A stretch of DNA of 49,747 nt, taken from assembly GCA_000388065.2 (NCBI GenBank), contig KB932206.1, one strand, 5' to 3'. The translations under genes and the position numbers were made by a program. Position 1 is the first letter of the stretch. Each line of letters starts with the position of its first letter. Below the pieces are notes generated by a model, which saw only the letters and a program-made list of their open reading frames with translations, did not search any database and was not told the DNA's origin. The DNA is from Fonticula alba ATCC 38817. Lineage: Eukaryota; Protista; Nucleariida. Below, piece after piece: positions 20,801 through 31,484 of this stretch.

Positions 20801-23560
20801 CCTCATCACCGGGCCTGGCCGGCGTCACCGGGGCCCCGGCCCAGCAGCGAGGAGGACGACAGCAGACCGGACCGCGAGGTCGAGGCCACCGAGGGGGCTC
20901 TCGAGGCCGAGGACCCGGCCGAGGACCCGGCCGAGGACGATGCCGACGAGGACGAGAGCCGGCGTCGGAAGCTGGCCGCCCAGCGCCGGGCTCGGCTGGC
21001 GGCCGGCCGGCCCCCGGCGACCACCTCCTCCTGCCACAGGGCGGCCGACAGGGCGGGCGGCGACCCTGGGCCGCGGCTGGGCGCCACCTCGGGCCGGGGC
21101 GGCTCGGGCGCCGGGTCCGCGGGCCGGCCGCCGGCCGCCTGGACCGGGGCCCCGGGTGCCGATGCCCGCGGCCGGGGGGACGCACCTTTCTCCGTGTACC
21201 CCGGGCGGGCAATCATGCAGGGCCCATCGGGCGGGATGTATACCGAGCGATTTTCGAAGATCCCCGCCGGGGAGATGGTCGTCGTGACGGCGGTCACGGC
21301 CTGGCCGTCCGGGCCGAAGATGGGCCGGCCGCCGGTGGGCCGGCAGCCCGGCGGCTGCATGGCGTCCGGCCCGGGCCCCGGGCCATCGACCGGGCCGGTC
21401 TCCGGCGCGGCGGCCCCCAGCTCCGGGTTCAGGGTGGAGATCTCGGCGAAGGCCGCCTCGTCGGTGGGGATGCGGACCTCGTGCCGGGCCGAGGCGGCTT
21501 GCCCGGTGGCCGACCCCGGCGGCCAGGCGGTGCTCTCCTCGCCGATGAAGTCGTTGACGTGGTTGAAGCGCCCGAGGGCGGTGCGTGTGCCGAGGGTGGT
21601 GGCCACCAGCACCGCGTCCGTGGCGATGTCCTCCGGCACGTGGCTCGGCGCCGCGGTCCAGGTATTCCCGTCCAGCTGGCCGGTGAGGAACACCGCCTCC
21701 GGGGGGGGCGTGCGCATGGGCGGGCGAATCGGCCGGATGGCCACATTCCGCCGCTCCCCCAGGGAGGGGCCCCCGCCGGGGGTCTGGCCGGCCGGCATCG
21801 GCCCGGGCCAGATGGCCCGCGCCTCGGGCATCAGCGTCGATTGGCCGGCCGCCACGGGCCGCCGGGGGACGCCCGGGCCCGGCATCAGTGCCACCGTGGG
21901 CGAAGGCGAGGCGGCCGAAGAGGAGGACCCCGAGGAGGCGGCGCCCGAGGAGGCGGCGGCCACCGGCAGCGGGGGCGAGCTTGCGGCGCTGCTCGGCACA
22001 GATGACACGATGGCCGGGTGGGCGACCGGCGCCGGGGCCGGGCCTCCGGCCGGTCGACCGATGGCGGCCGCCCCGGCCGGCGGGCTGGCCGGCGGGCTGG
22101 GCGAGGGGGTGGGCGGCAGGCCGGCGGTCTGCCTCCAGGGCGTGGGGCCGGCATCGGCCTTCCTGGCCGGGGCGTCGATGAAAATGACGTCGGCCGATTC
22201 GACGGCCGGCAGCGAGCCTGCCGCGGCCCCGGGCCGGCTCACGGCCACGGTCCACTCGCGGGCCGCACGCCGGCCCAGCAGCGGCGACAGCTCCGGCCCC
22301 GGCGCCGGGGCAAGATGTCGCATCGGCGAGTCTGCCTCGGCAGCGGCCCCCGGCGGCCCGCCGGCCCCGGCGCGAACGGTCCACACCTCCGTGCCGGCCG
22401 GCGACCCTGGCGGGGGGGATTCCCGGACCAGGTGGACGCTGGCGCTGCCGGCGGCCCAGTCGCCGGCAGGGGGCGGTGCGGCCGCGGCCCCGGGAAGCAG
22501 CGTCCCGCCTGGCGATGCGACGGACTGGCGCCACTCCTCGCGCAGCGGCGAGGGGCCCGGCCCGGGGCTCCTGCCGGGGGGCTCCGGCTCGAGCTCCGAA
22601 TCCGAGGCATCCGTGATCACAACCACATCGGCGTGGGTGGTGGCGGCCACCGGCGGCGGCGACAGCTTGGCCACCAGGACCGGGCTGTCGGCCGGCTGGA
22701 CCGTGGACTTGGTGACGGTCACCACCGGCACCGGGGCCGGGGCCGGGGCCGGGGCCGGGCTCGGGCCGGCGGCCGAGCTGTGCAGGTCCAGCTGGCTGAA
22801 GGAAGCGTCCGGCAGCAGGGTCCCGCCCGGGGTGACTGCCGGGGGGAACCGGTGGCGCAGGAGGGTCATCGGGCTGGGCTGTGCCGCCGCTGCCATGCTG
22901 GCGGTGGTGGTGGTGGCGGCCGTGGCCGTGGGCGCTGCCCCCGACGAGGCGGCCGACCTGTCGGCCACACCTCGGCCGGGCGGGGTCGGCGGGTCCACTT
23001 GGATGCGAACGCGCGGCACCGGCGAAGGGGCGGCTCCGGCCACCGGCGACCCGGCCGGGGTGCGCTTGACCACCGAAGCAGGGGCCTTGCCGGGGGAGGC
23101 GCGCACCCGTGGCGGTGGTGACGGCGCCGGCGATCCGACGGTCACCCCGTCGGCTTCGTCCCAGGTGCTCCCGACGATGCACTCCGGATGCAGGTCCTTG
23201 TCGCGCAGGGTCGAGGCCACCAGGTCATCGCAGGGGTGTCCCAGACGGCTGACCACCGTGGGCACAGCCACCGGCCCATCGGCGCCCCGGGCCCGGGCGA
23301 TGTTCCGGTTCGATGTCACCGTCAGGCGGATCTCCCCGCGCGGGACGCCCTCCAGACGGAACCAGCAGTTGTAGATCGGATCGTACTATTGCCCCCGGGC
23401 ATGGAAGAGTGGCGGCGGCGGCGGCGGCGGCGGCGGTCGGGCAGGATATGCCCAGGGAGGCGGTGGGTCAGCGGTCCGGAAAGGCCCGGGCGTCAGTGAT
23501 CACGCAGGGGTGGCAGGGGGAATGGGGACTTGGCAGCGCGCGCAGGAGCGGCACATTGCG

Positions 23561-23595
<35 letters not shown>

Positions 23596-26500
23596 ACAGC
23601 GGACGGCGCAGGGCGAAGGGCGGGCGCACGATTCGCGACAAGTCCAAGCGCAGGACCCCGAGGCGATCACTTCGCCGGCGGCTGAGCCCCGCATGGCGCA
23701 CGGTGATCTCGAGCGTGGCCTCCAGGCCGGCCATCATGTTATCGGTGTCGGCGCCACTTGACAGGTCGCCGGTGGCCGCGGCCAGGACGCCGGCCTGCTC
23801 CCGGGCCAGGCTGTCCAGGTAGCCGGCCTGCCGGCGGGTGATCGGGAAGTTGAAGGTCTGCTCCCAGACCGGATTGAGGGTTTTCTCGGCGACATTCGTC
23901 CGCCGGTCCACGTCGATGCGGGGCAGGCGCTTGCCCGCCTCGTCGACCGCCAGCCCGCCGGTGGTCAAGTGCAGATGGACATACGGATCGGCCAGGCCGG
24001 AGGAATCGGCCGCGGTCAAGTGCCGCGCCGAGTGCACCGTAACTTGGATGACATCGATGTCTGCAGGTCCGCCCGTGTGCGGCGGCCGGGGGCGCCGGTT
24101 CCATCGAGCGAGCGCCCACACGCACGCATACATACATGCAAGCAGCGTCAGTAAGGGGATGTCATGCTGCCCTGCCGATCCCACCTGCGGAGGGTCTCCA
24201 TGTGGCGCGGGGGGGAGGGGCGAGGGGGGCAGACCGAGGCGGCCCCCAGCCTCATTGGGGCTTGGCGGCGAAAGGCTTGCCGCCACCACAACGGCTGCGG
24301 CAACCCCGACCAAGGGGGAGGGGGGGCGCTGTCGAAAAGGCGCACCGTTTGATGAAGCCTCCAGGACTTTGGAAATGTGCCGCCGCTGGCGACCGGCCGC
24401 CGGGAACCGGTCGCTGAGCCCGCGCCGGGGGGATCCCACGAAGTCCGTCACCTGCTGGTTGACCCTGCGCCCGGTGCTGCTCTGGGTCCGGCCGAGGGAG
24501 GCCGGCCGGACGGTGGCCATGGGGTCCACGCCGGGGCCCTGGACGGCGGAATAGCCGGCTGCCGTGCCACGTGCGGCCGCGGCCTCCGACCGCAAGACCG
24601 GCTTTTCCGCACCCACCCCATTGGATCCTGTGGCATGAGGGGGTGGGGGGGAGGGCGGGGGGGGGAAACAAATGTGCCGGTGGCGCATGAGATACCCAAT
24701 GGCGGACACGTGCCCCGAGAGGGCGAGCGAGGCAGGGTGAGCAGAGAGGGGCAGCAAACAGAGAGGGGAGAAAGGGAGAAGGAACAGCGGCAGGGGAGAA
24801 AAGAAGAGAGAGTCGGAAGAGAACAGGACCAAAAGAAGGAAGGACCAGAGGGCGAAAAGGAAACAGGGCAAATGGAGGGAAGGGAGAAAGGAGACGGGCA
24901 GGGACGAAAGAGTGCGCCGGGCGACGCCACGAGGCCAATGCCAGGCGAGGGTAGGAGCACGGGCAGGATGCCAAGAGGGGGGATGGGGCGCCGAGCGAGG
25001 GAGCATGATCGACACCCGATGACGACGGCAGAGAGGGAGAGGGTGAGATTGAGCCTGCAAGTGGTGGGGGCGGCGCAGCCGGGCGCCGAATGGCAGAGCC
25101 ATACCCACGCCCAGGCGCAGACCCCGAGAAGAAGGGGCAGGGGGCTTCTCGCATGTTGGCCAAAGGGCAAGGTCATGGTCATGGGGTGAGGGGGGGGGGG
25201 GGAAGAACCCGGCGTACCGGCAGCCCGGATCAAGGACATCATCCCCAGCGGCTGGAAGCGAAGAACCAACACCAGGCGCGGGATGACCGTGTTGGCCCCC
25301 TGGCGGCCCTCCATCCAGGCGCTGTTGACCAGGGCCGGCGCCAAGCGCAGGGGCCGGGTGGTGGACCCGAGAATGGACTGCCGCGCGGCCAGCGACCCGT
25401 CATCCGGGGGATGGCCATCGCGCACCACCGGCGCGGGCAGGCCGGCCGCCATGGGGTCACCTCCGCCGGGCCCGACGATGCCGGTGGCATTCTCGTTCAT
25501 GGCCCGGAGGGTGGCACACCNNNNNNNNNNNNNNNNNNNNNNNNNNNNNNNNNNNNNNNNNNNNNGGACCCGAGAATGGACTGCCGCGCGGCCAGCGACC
25601 CGTCATCCGGGGGATGGCCATCGCGCACCACCGGCGCGGGCAGGCCGGCCGCCATGGGGTCACCTCCGCCGGGCCCGACGATGCCGGTGGCATTCTCGTT
25701 CATGGCCCGGAGGGTGGCACACCCGGCCCCGACGCGCGTACAGGAGCAGGTCAGGCCCTCGCGAAGGATTTGCATCTGCGTCCGGCCGAGGGGCCGCTCC
25801 AGGTGGTTGAGGTCCAGCCCGGCCGCGGCGGCGGCCGACTCCCACCGCCGGGAGACGGTCTGCCGGTGCATGCGGCAAAATTGCCGGAAGAGGTCCTCGC
25901 AGACGGTCGGCTCGCCGGCCGAGAAGCGCAGAGCCTCCAGCGGCAGGACCACCACCCCGAGCGGGGTGTTGGTTTCCTCCGTCACGAGGGCCAGGCGCAG
26001 GAGGGTGGACGTGCCGTCCGGGGTGCCGGCCGACACGCCGGGGGTCGCGCCCCCCGGGCCGGTGCCGCCCTCCGCATCGCCGGCCATGCGAGTGCTGCCC
26101 TGCAGCGCGGCATACGGATCCCCGCCGGCCGGGTCGTAATTCCCCCCGGCCTCATCGACGGCGGTTTCCGCGCCCACCGGGCTCAGGGACACCCAGCTCT
26201 GCTGCGTCGAGAGGGATGTGGCGTCCGGCACCACGAGCAGGTCCAACGCCTCGCGCCATTGGGCATCCTGCCGGGGCTCGGTCATGTACACCGGCCGGGA
26301 GCCGATGGTTGCCTCGACGCGGATCTTGGCATGGGGCACCGAGAAGGAGGACAGCCCCTCGGCGCGGATGATTTGCATGTACAGGATGCCTGTGGAATGG
26401 CGAGGGGGGGCGCGTGTGGTGGGGAGTTTGTGTGTGTGTGTGTGTGTGTGAGGGCAGAGGGAGGCATGTGTGTGTGTGTGTGAGGGCGGAGGGAGGCATG

Positions 26501-29500
26501 TGTGCGTGTGAGGGCGGAGGGAGGCATGTGTGTGTGTATGAGAGAGATGGCGGAAAGGGGGCCCAGTGCAAGAATCTCGCCCTTGCCCGGGAAAAGAGGC
26601 CGACGCGGCTCAGGCCGGGCCCGGGGGTAGGGGCCCAGCGCTTTACGAACCTGGGCCGCAGATTCGCACCGGATCGCCCGGGCAGACGATCGAGCGGTTG
26701 AAAACGGCCCGCGGTGCCAGCGACGAAAGCAGCGCGGCGCTGCGCATGCCGGTGGCCACCGGCAGGTATTGCATCCGGAAGCTGACCGTGGTGGCGCCCA
26801 TGCGCACGATCCTTCCGAGGGGCGCCACGGGAAAGCCCGGCACACGCGTGCATACACACGCACACACACACACACACACGCACGACGAAACGAGTGGACG
26901 TCAGCCACACAGACAGACAGACCGACACACGGCAGGGCAGGCAATGGTGGCGCGGCCGAGTGGAAGGAAGGCACAGGCCCCGAGACGTACACGGTGCGCT
27001 CGTGACGGAAATGGTCGGGGTTGCTGATGACCGGGCCCATGGGGACCCGGGTCTCGGCGATCAGCTCCTCCTTGAGCATGGCATGCGCGAAGAACAGCCG
27101 CAGGACGATGGCCTTTCGCCCGAGGCGCGGGGCCACGCGCGTGCGCACCCGCACGAGCGCATGGAGGTCGGTCTGTCAGGGCGATGCCAGTCGGACCCAA
27201 GTGGCGGGGGGCGCATATGCCAACAGCGGGGCGCCGGGGGGTGGCGGCGGGCCAAACGAAGGGGACCCTCGCGGATCGGGAAGCGCGACGCACCTCATTC
27301 GGCGTGTCCGTCAGCGGAAAGAGGACCGACTCATTCCACTGGGCGGCGGTCGCGCGGCGCCGAACACTTGACACGAACTCCGGGTAGCGACGCCCGTGGA
27401 GGCGCATTCGGAAGAAGGGATGCCCGGCGCCGGCTGATGGGGGGCACGAACCGGCCAACAAACATGGGGGGCCGGGGCCGCCGGGAGACACACCGTCAGT
27501 CACAGGGCCGGGGCACTGGGCAAAAGGGGCAGCCAGTCCACGCACCAAGGTTGTCCCGGCGCGGGATGCCAGCGGCCGCGACCAGCTCCACGCGCACGAT
27601 GCCCACACAGGGGCCTGGCGCCCGCCGGCCGACACGACAAGAGGCCACACCACAACACCAGCATCGGACAAGGGCAGGGGACGGCAGGCGGGCGGGGGCT
27701 GCCGGGGGGGGGGGTCAGTTCGTCGCCCAGAGCCGAGCCACGTCCGGCAACAAGACCGGGCCCCGCCAGCCACACGTACGGTACATCTGCCGGGGCTCCG
27801 GTGGGGCCAGGGGAATGGCGGCCGTGCACACGGCCCACGACCGCACCGGCAGCACCACCTTATTGGGCACCATCAGGCGGGAGCGCACGCCATCGCGAAT
27901 GTGCGACCTCACCAGGGCGCTGACACCGGGCAGCTGAGGGCACGAACGGGGCGACATACGCACGTGGCAGGTCAGAGGCAAGCCCAGGAGGGCAGAGAAG
28001 CAGTACCCATACATGCAGACACACAAACACACATATGAAAGGCTGCTTGCAAGTGCACGGGCCTCCACCGAGCCACATGCGGGCACGACAGACGCGCCCC
28101 GCTGCCGGCACGTACCGCCATCATGTCCAGCGTCCCGCCCAGGGGTCTCACCGAGAAATCTACCAGCGGCTCGTCCAGGCAGTGAATGGTGATGTCCTCC
28201 ATCAAGGGGTAGCTGGCACGCAGGCGCAGGGCCACATGTAGGGTGGCGCGAAAGTAGAAGTCGTGCACCAGCACCGGGATGGTGATGCCGCCGAAGCGGC
28301 CGAGCTTCACCCGGAGCTGGGCGCTGGCGCCATTTTTCCCGGCATACGCAATGGCAACGTCGAGTTTCTGCGCGCGCGCGGACACACACACACACACACA
28401 CACACACAGACGCGCGCACACCGGCAGGCATCGAGGTTAGGCAGGCCCGGCACAGCGGCGGCTGGTGGCGCGCATGCGCGCCGCCAAAAGGGTGCGAGCA
28501 TAACGGTGCGGCCACGTACAAGGATCCCGGGAGGGGCATCACGATGGGCACGAATGCGTAGGATCTTGGGCGAGGCGGTGCCCAGGCTGATGTCCACCAA
28601 TTCGAGCAGGATCTGTCACCCGCGCGGCGCCATGGCGAAGAGCAAGTCAGCGAGCAAATCGGTGGGCGCCGGGCCGGCAAGCTGGCGGGGGCGGGGGGCA
28701 AGGCAGGCGGGCCGCGAAAAGAGAAAAAAGAAGCAAGGAAAAAGACCGACCTGGGACACTGGCGAACTGGAGGCGATCATCGGCCCGGCGGTTTCCATGA
28801 TCATGGGCGCCATGCGCGGCCCGATGAAGGAGGTGATTTGCGTGAGCATGGCATCGATCATGGCCGGCGACTCCCACCCATCGCCCTGGGGCCCGGAGGA
28901 ACACGGGGTAGAATGCGCCCGGCAGGTTAGTTCGCATGCCAGGGTGGCCGAGCCGGCGCAGGGGTCTCCCCCCCCCCCCCCCCCCCCCCCCCGTCGGACG
29001 CGCACCTCGTCGTTGGCGGTCAGCGACTCGCGGATGGTCTGGCACAGGGCCTCGCTCATGCCATCGGGGACGCCCCCGGCACGGATGATATCCTGCTTCA
29101 CCTTGGTACGCAGCCGGTTCCGGTGGACGGCCGCCAGGACTTGGCACAGCAGCGGCACGGACAAGGCGTGTGAGTAGTCACTCCCCCCTCAGGGCTAGCG
29201 GGGTCACCCCCCCCCCCCCCCCCTCGGCCGGAGGGGCCCCGCCGGTGGCCGCCGGCAGAGCGGAAAAGCCCAGTAAATGCGGGCCCCGGGCGGAAGGCCA
29301 CGACGCACCGGACACAACACACGCAAACAGCGGCAGCAGGGGGGAAAGGCCCATCACCGTGCTGAGGTACACCAGGAGAAACATCATGCTCACCATGGCG
29401 GTGGTGGTTTTGGTGACCGAGATGTCGACCGATGCACGGTCGGTGGGCCGGCCGAAGTTCGGGGCACTTCGGGACTTTAGATACTTCTCGGTCAGGTAGT

Positions 29501-29666
29501 CCGTCACCCCGAGCGAGCCCAGGTAGTTCATCAGCAGCTCGCCGAAGGAGGACATGGCCTCCAGGACGAAGCGCATGGCGGCCTGCCATTGGGCCTCCAG
29601 CGCATCGCCGGACACGGGCTCCGGCACCAGGGGCAGCGACGTGCCAACAACACCGTACGCCGACAT
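17500..29666 (-). CDS. Giant extended-synaptotagmin/tricalbin-like protein (hydrophobic hairpin, SMP, multiple C2 domains, long low-complexity linker, divergent C-terminal module); roughly 2,700-2,900 aa; true start may lie upstream (~30150-30460)
   Basis: Hairpin: MFLLVYLSTVMGLSPLLPLFACVVS|VLAAVHRNRLRTK (intron 29308-29140). SMP-like: WESPAMIDAML...LVDISLGTASPKILRI...LDVAIAYAG...PVLVHDFYFRATLHVAL...EPLVDFSVRPLGGTLDMMA|LPGVSALVRSHIRDGVRSRLMVPNKVVLPV. C2-like blocks: AQWNESVLFPL...EELIAETRVPM (~27400-26700); ILYMQIIRAEGL...AQWREALDL (26390-~25900); and IQVTVHSARHLTAADSSGLADPYV...KTLNPVWEQTFNF...LGVLRLDLSRI|YDPIYNCWFRLEGVPRGEIRL (24080-23320). Phase-compatible introns 29005-28886, 23628-23386, 20828-20395 and 18520-18322 link the separate ORFs into one gene. 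Confidence 0.82.
25363..25723. repeat. Exact 158-bp direct duplication (25363-25520 = 25566-25723) flanking a 45-N gap; probable assembly artefact
   Basis: Identical sequence from ggacccgagaatgg to gtggcacacc on both sides of the gap. Collapsing it restores one continuous E-Syt reading frame. Confidence 0.9.
26450..26540. repeat. Intronic compound minisatellite: 3 x GAGGGC(A/G)GAGGGAGGCAT separated by (GT)n
   Basis: Units at 26450-26467, 26482-26499 and 26510-26527. Confidence 0.85.
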
Positions 29667-31484
29667 GTGGCAGCTCCTGCACTACCTGCTGGCGAGGGCC
29701 GAGCAGCACACCGAGCGCGAGCCGGGGGGAAGGGGCTGGGGCGCAGGCGGGCAGGGAGGAGGGGGGGGGGGCGAGAGCGGAGGGTAGGCAGCCTATCCCG
29801 GGCAAGACCCACCCTACAGCAGGGACCTATGGCCACGAAAGTGACACGCTGCTCGAGTTGCGGTGGCGCGAGGGGCGTCTGGGTATGTGTGCGTGGGTGA
29901 GAGAGCGCGCGAGAGAGGGAGAGGCAGCGGAGGCAGCGAAAGGGAGAAGATGGGGGGGGGGGAGGGGTGAGTCAGAAGGAAAATGGGGTGGCACACATTG
30001 CCCCAACAGCCCGCGCTTGTGTACGCGGAATCGGGGCTGAAATGCATGTCCGCCTGTGTCCTTGTCTCTCGCCGACAGACCGGCGGCCCGGGCCGACGCA
30101 CATCTGGCGACATCCGCTGAAGGGCTGGTCAAAGGGGACACCTCCTCCGCCACCTGCCTCGCGCCGGCCTCCTCTCCTGTGTGGTCGGCTCAAGCTCTAA
30201 GGGCCGGGAAGGAGAGGCAAGCACATGCCCGATAACCGTCCTGCCGTGCCGCCACACGGCTGCGGTTGCTGGAACCGCTACTGCGTCCCCGCCCCCGCCC
30301 CCCCGGACGCCGAAATGTGGCGGCGAGATCTCCGAGGGGCAGGCCTCCAGTGCTGGCTGTAGCTCCTCCCCATCAGAATGGATCACGGACCGGCCGGGGG
30401 AGGTGCAGAAGATCCCGGTGCGGTAGAGAAGAGGGCCTGGCGGACGGAATGGTGACATTATTGTGCGGCCATGCAACTGCGCTTGTCGTCGGCCCAGGGG
30501 CGCGGAATCTTGTCCCGCGCTGGCACAGCACCCGGGCCGGGGCGCGTGGATAATTTTTCAAAAATATCCCCCAGCAGTCGGGGCCGGAATGTGCGGGCAC
30601 CTCCACAAGGTCCACAATCCCGATCGGCACTTGCACGTGGTGCGTACACGTGGATGGCGTGATCCGGGCGTGATGCGCCACTGCTACCGGGCTTGGCGAT
30701 CGCCCTGTCGCCGATCACCGCCGCGGGGCGGAGGAGGGCGGGGGGGGGGGCTCTCCATCGCGTAAATTGCACGGGCCGACTTTTTCCCCCATGCCAGCAC
30801 AGAGGAACGACGTGGCGTCCAGGCCCGAGGGGCGAGAGACATGACCCGACTCGGGGAGAGGTCCGCTCGATCACCAGCACCGGGGGGGGGGGGGGGCGTC
30901 CTTCCACAAGCCATCTTCCCCCTGGTCCTCCCCCGGCCTCCTTCCCTCTCTGCCTCTCTCCCTCTCTCTCTCTCTCTTTGCCTGTCTAGGAGAGTGTCCT
31001 CTCAGGGAGGGGGAGGCGGCAGGAGCCCGCAGGCTGGTGTATAGATTTTGGTCTATTCAGGGAGCAGGAAGAAAGTGGGAACATATGGTACAGAAAGGAG
31101 GCAGGAGGATTTTCACATCCAGCCATGCGGCGCGATCCCTCGCGCATCCCTTGGATCTGCTCTTCTTTGCGATGGCGGGGGGATGGAGAGTAAAGGGTGG
31201 GGTGACGTGGAGAACCAGAGGGGGAGGGGCGGCTGGAAGACGAAGGAGTGCGTTGCTAGGGCGGGAGACACGGGCCCACATGCAAACATCTTGCCCCCGA
31301 CGCATCGATATACGCAGCGCGCATCACACACACACACACACATGCATGCAAACACACACACACACATACATACAGAGAGAGAGAGAAAGAGAAACATACA
31401 TGCATGCAACCATGCACACACACAACACACGGGCGCGCGCGCGCGCGGACACGTCCGCTCACGCATGCACACAAGCATCAACAT

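Noticed and set aside
17391-23374. Long antisense and alternate-frame ORFs over the E-Syt exons (e.g. 21194-23374 +, 18878-20494 +, 19251-21212 -)
   Set aside because: Arg/Pro/Gly/Ala-rich shadow ORFs expected at this GC content, with no motifs.
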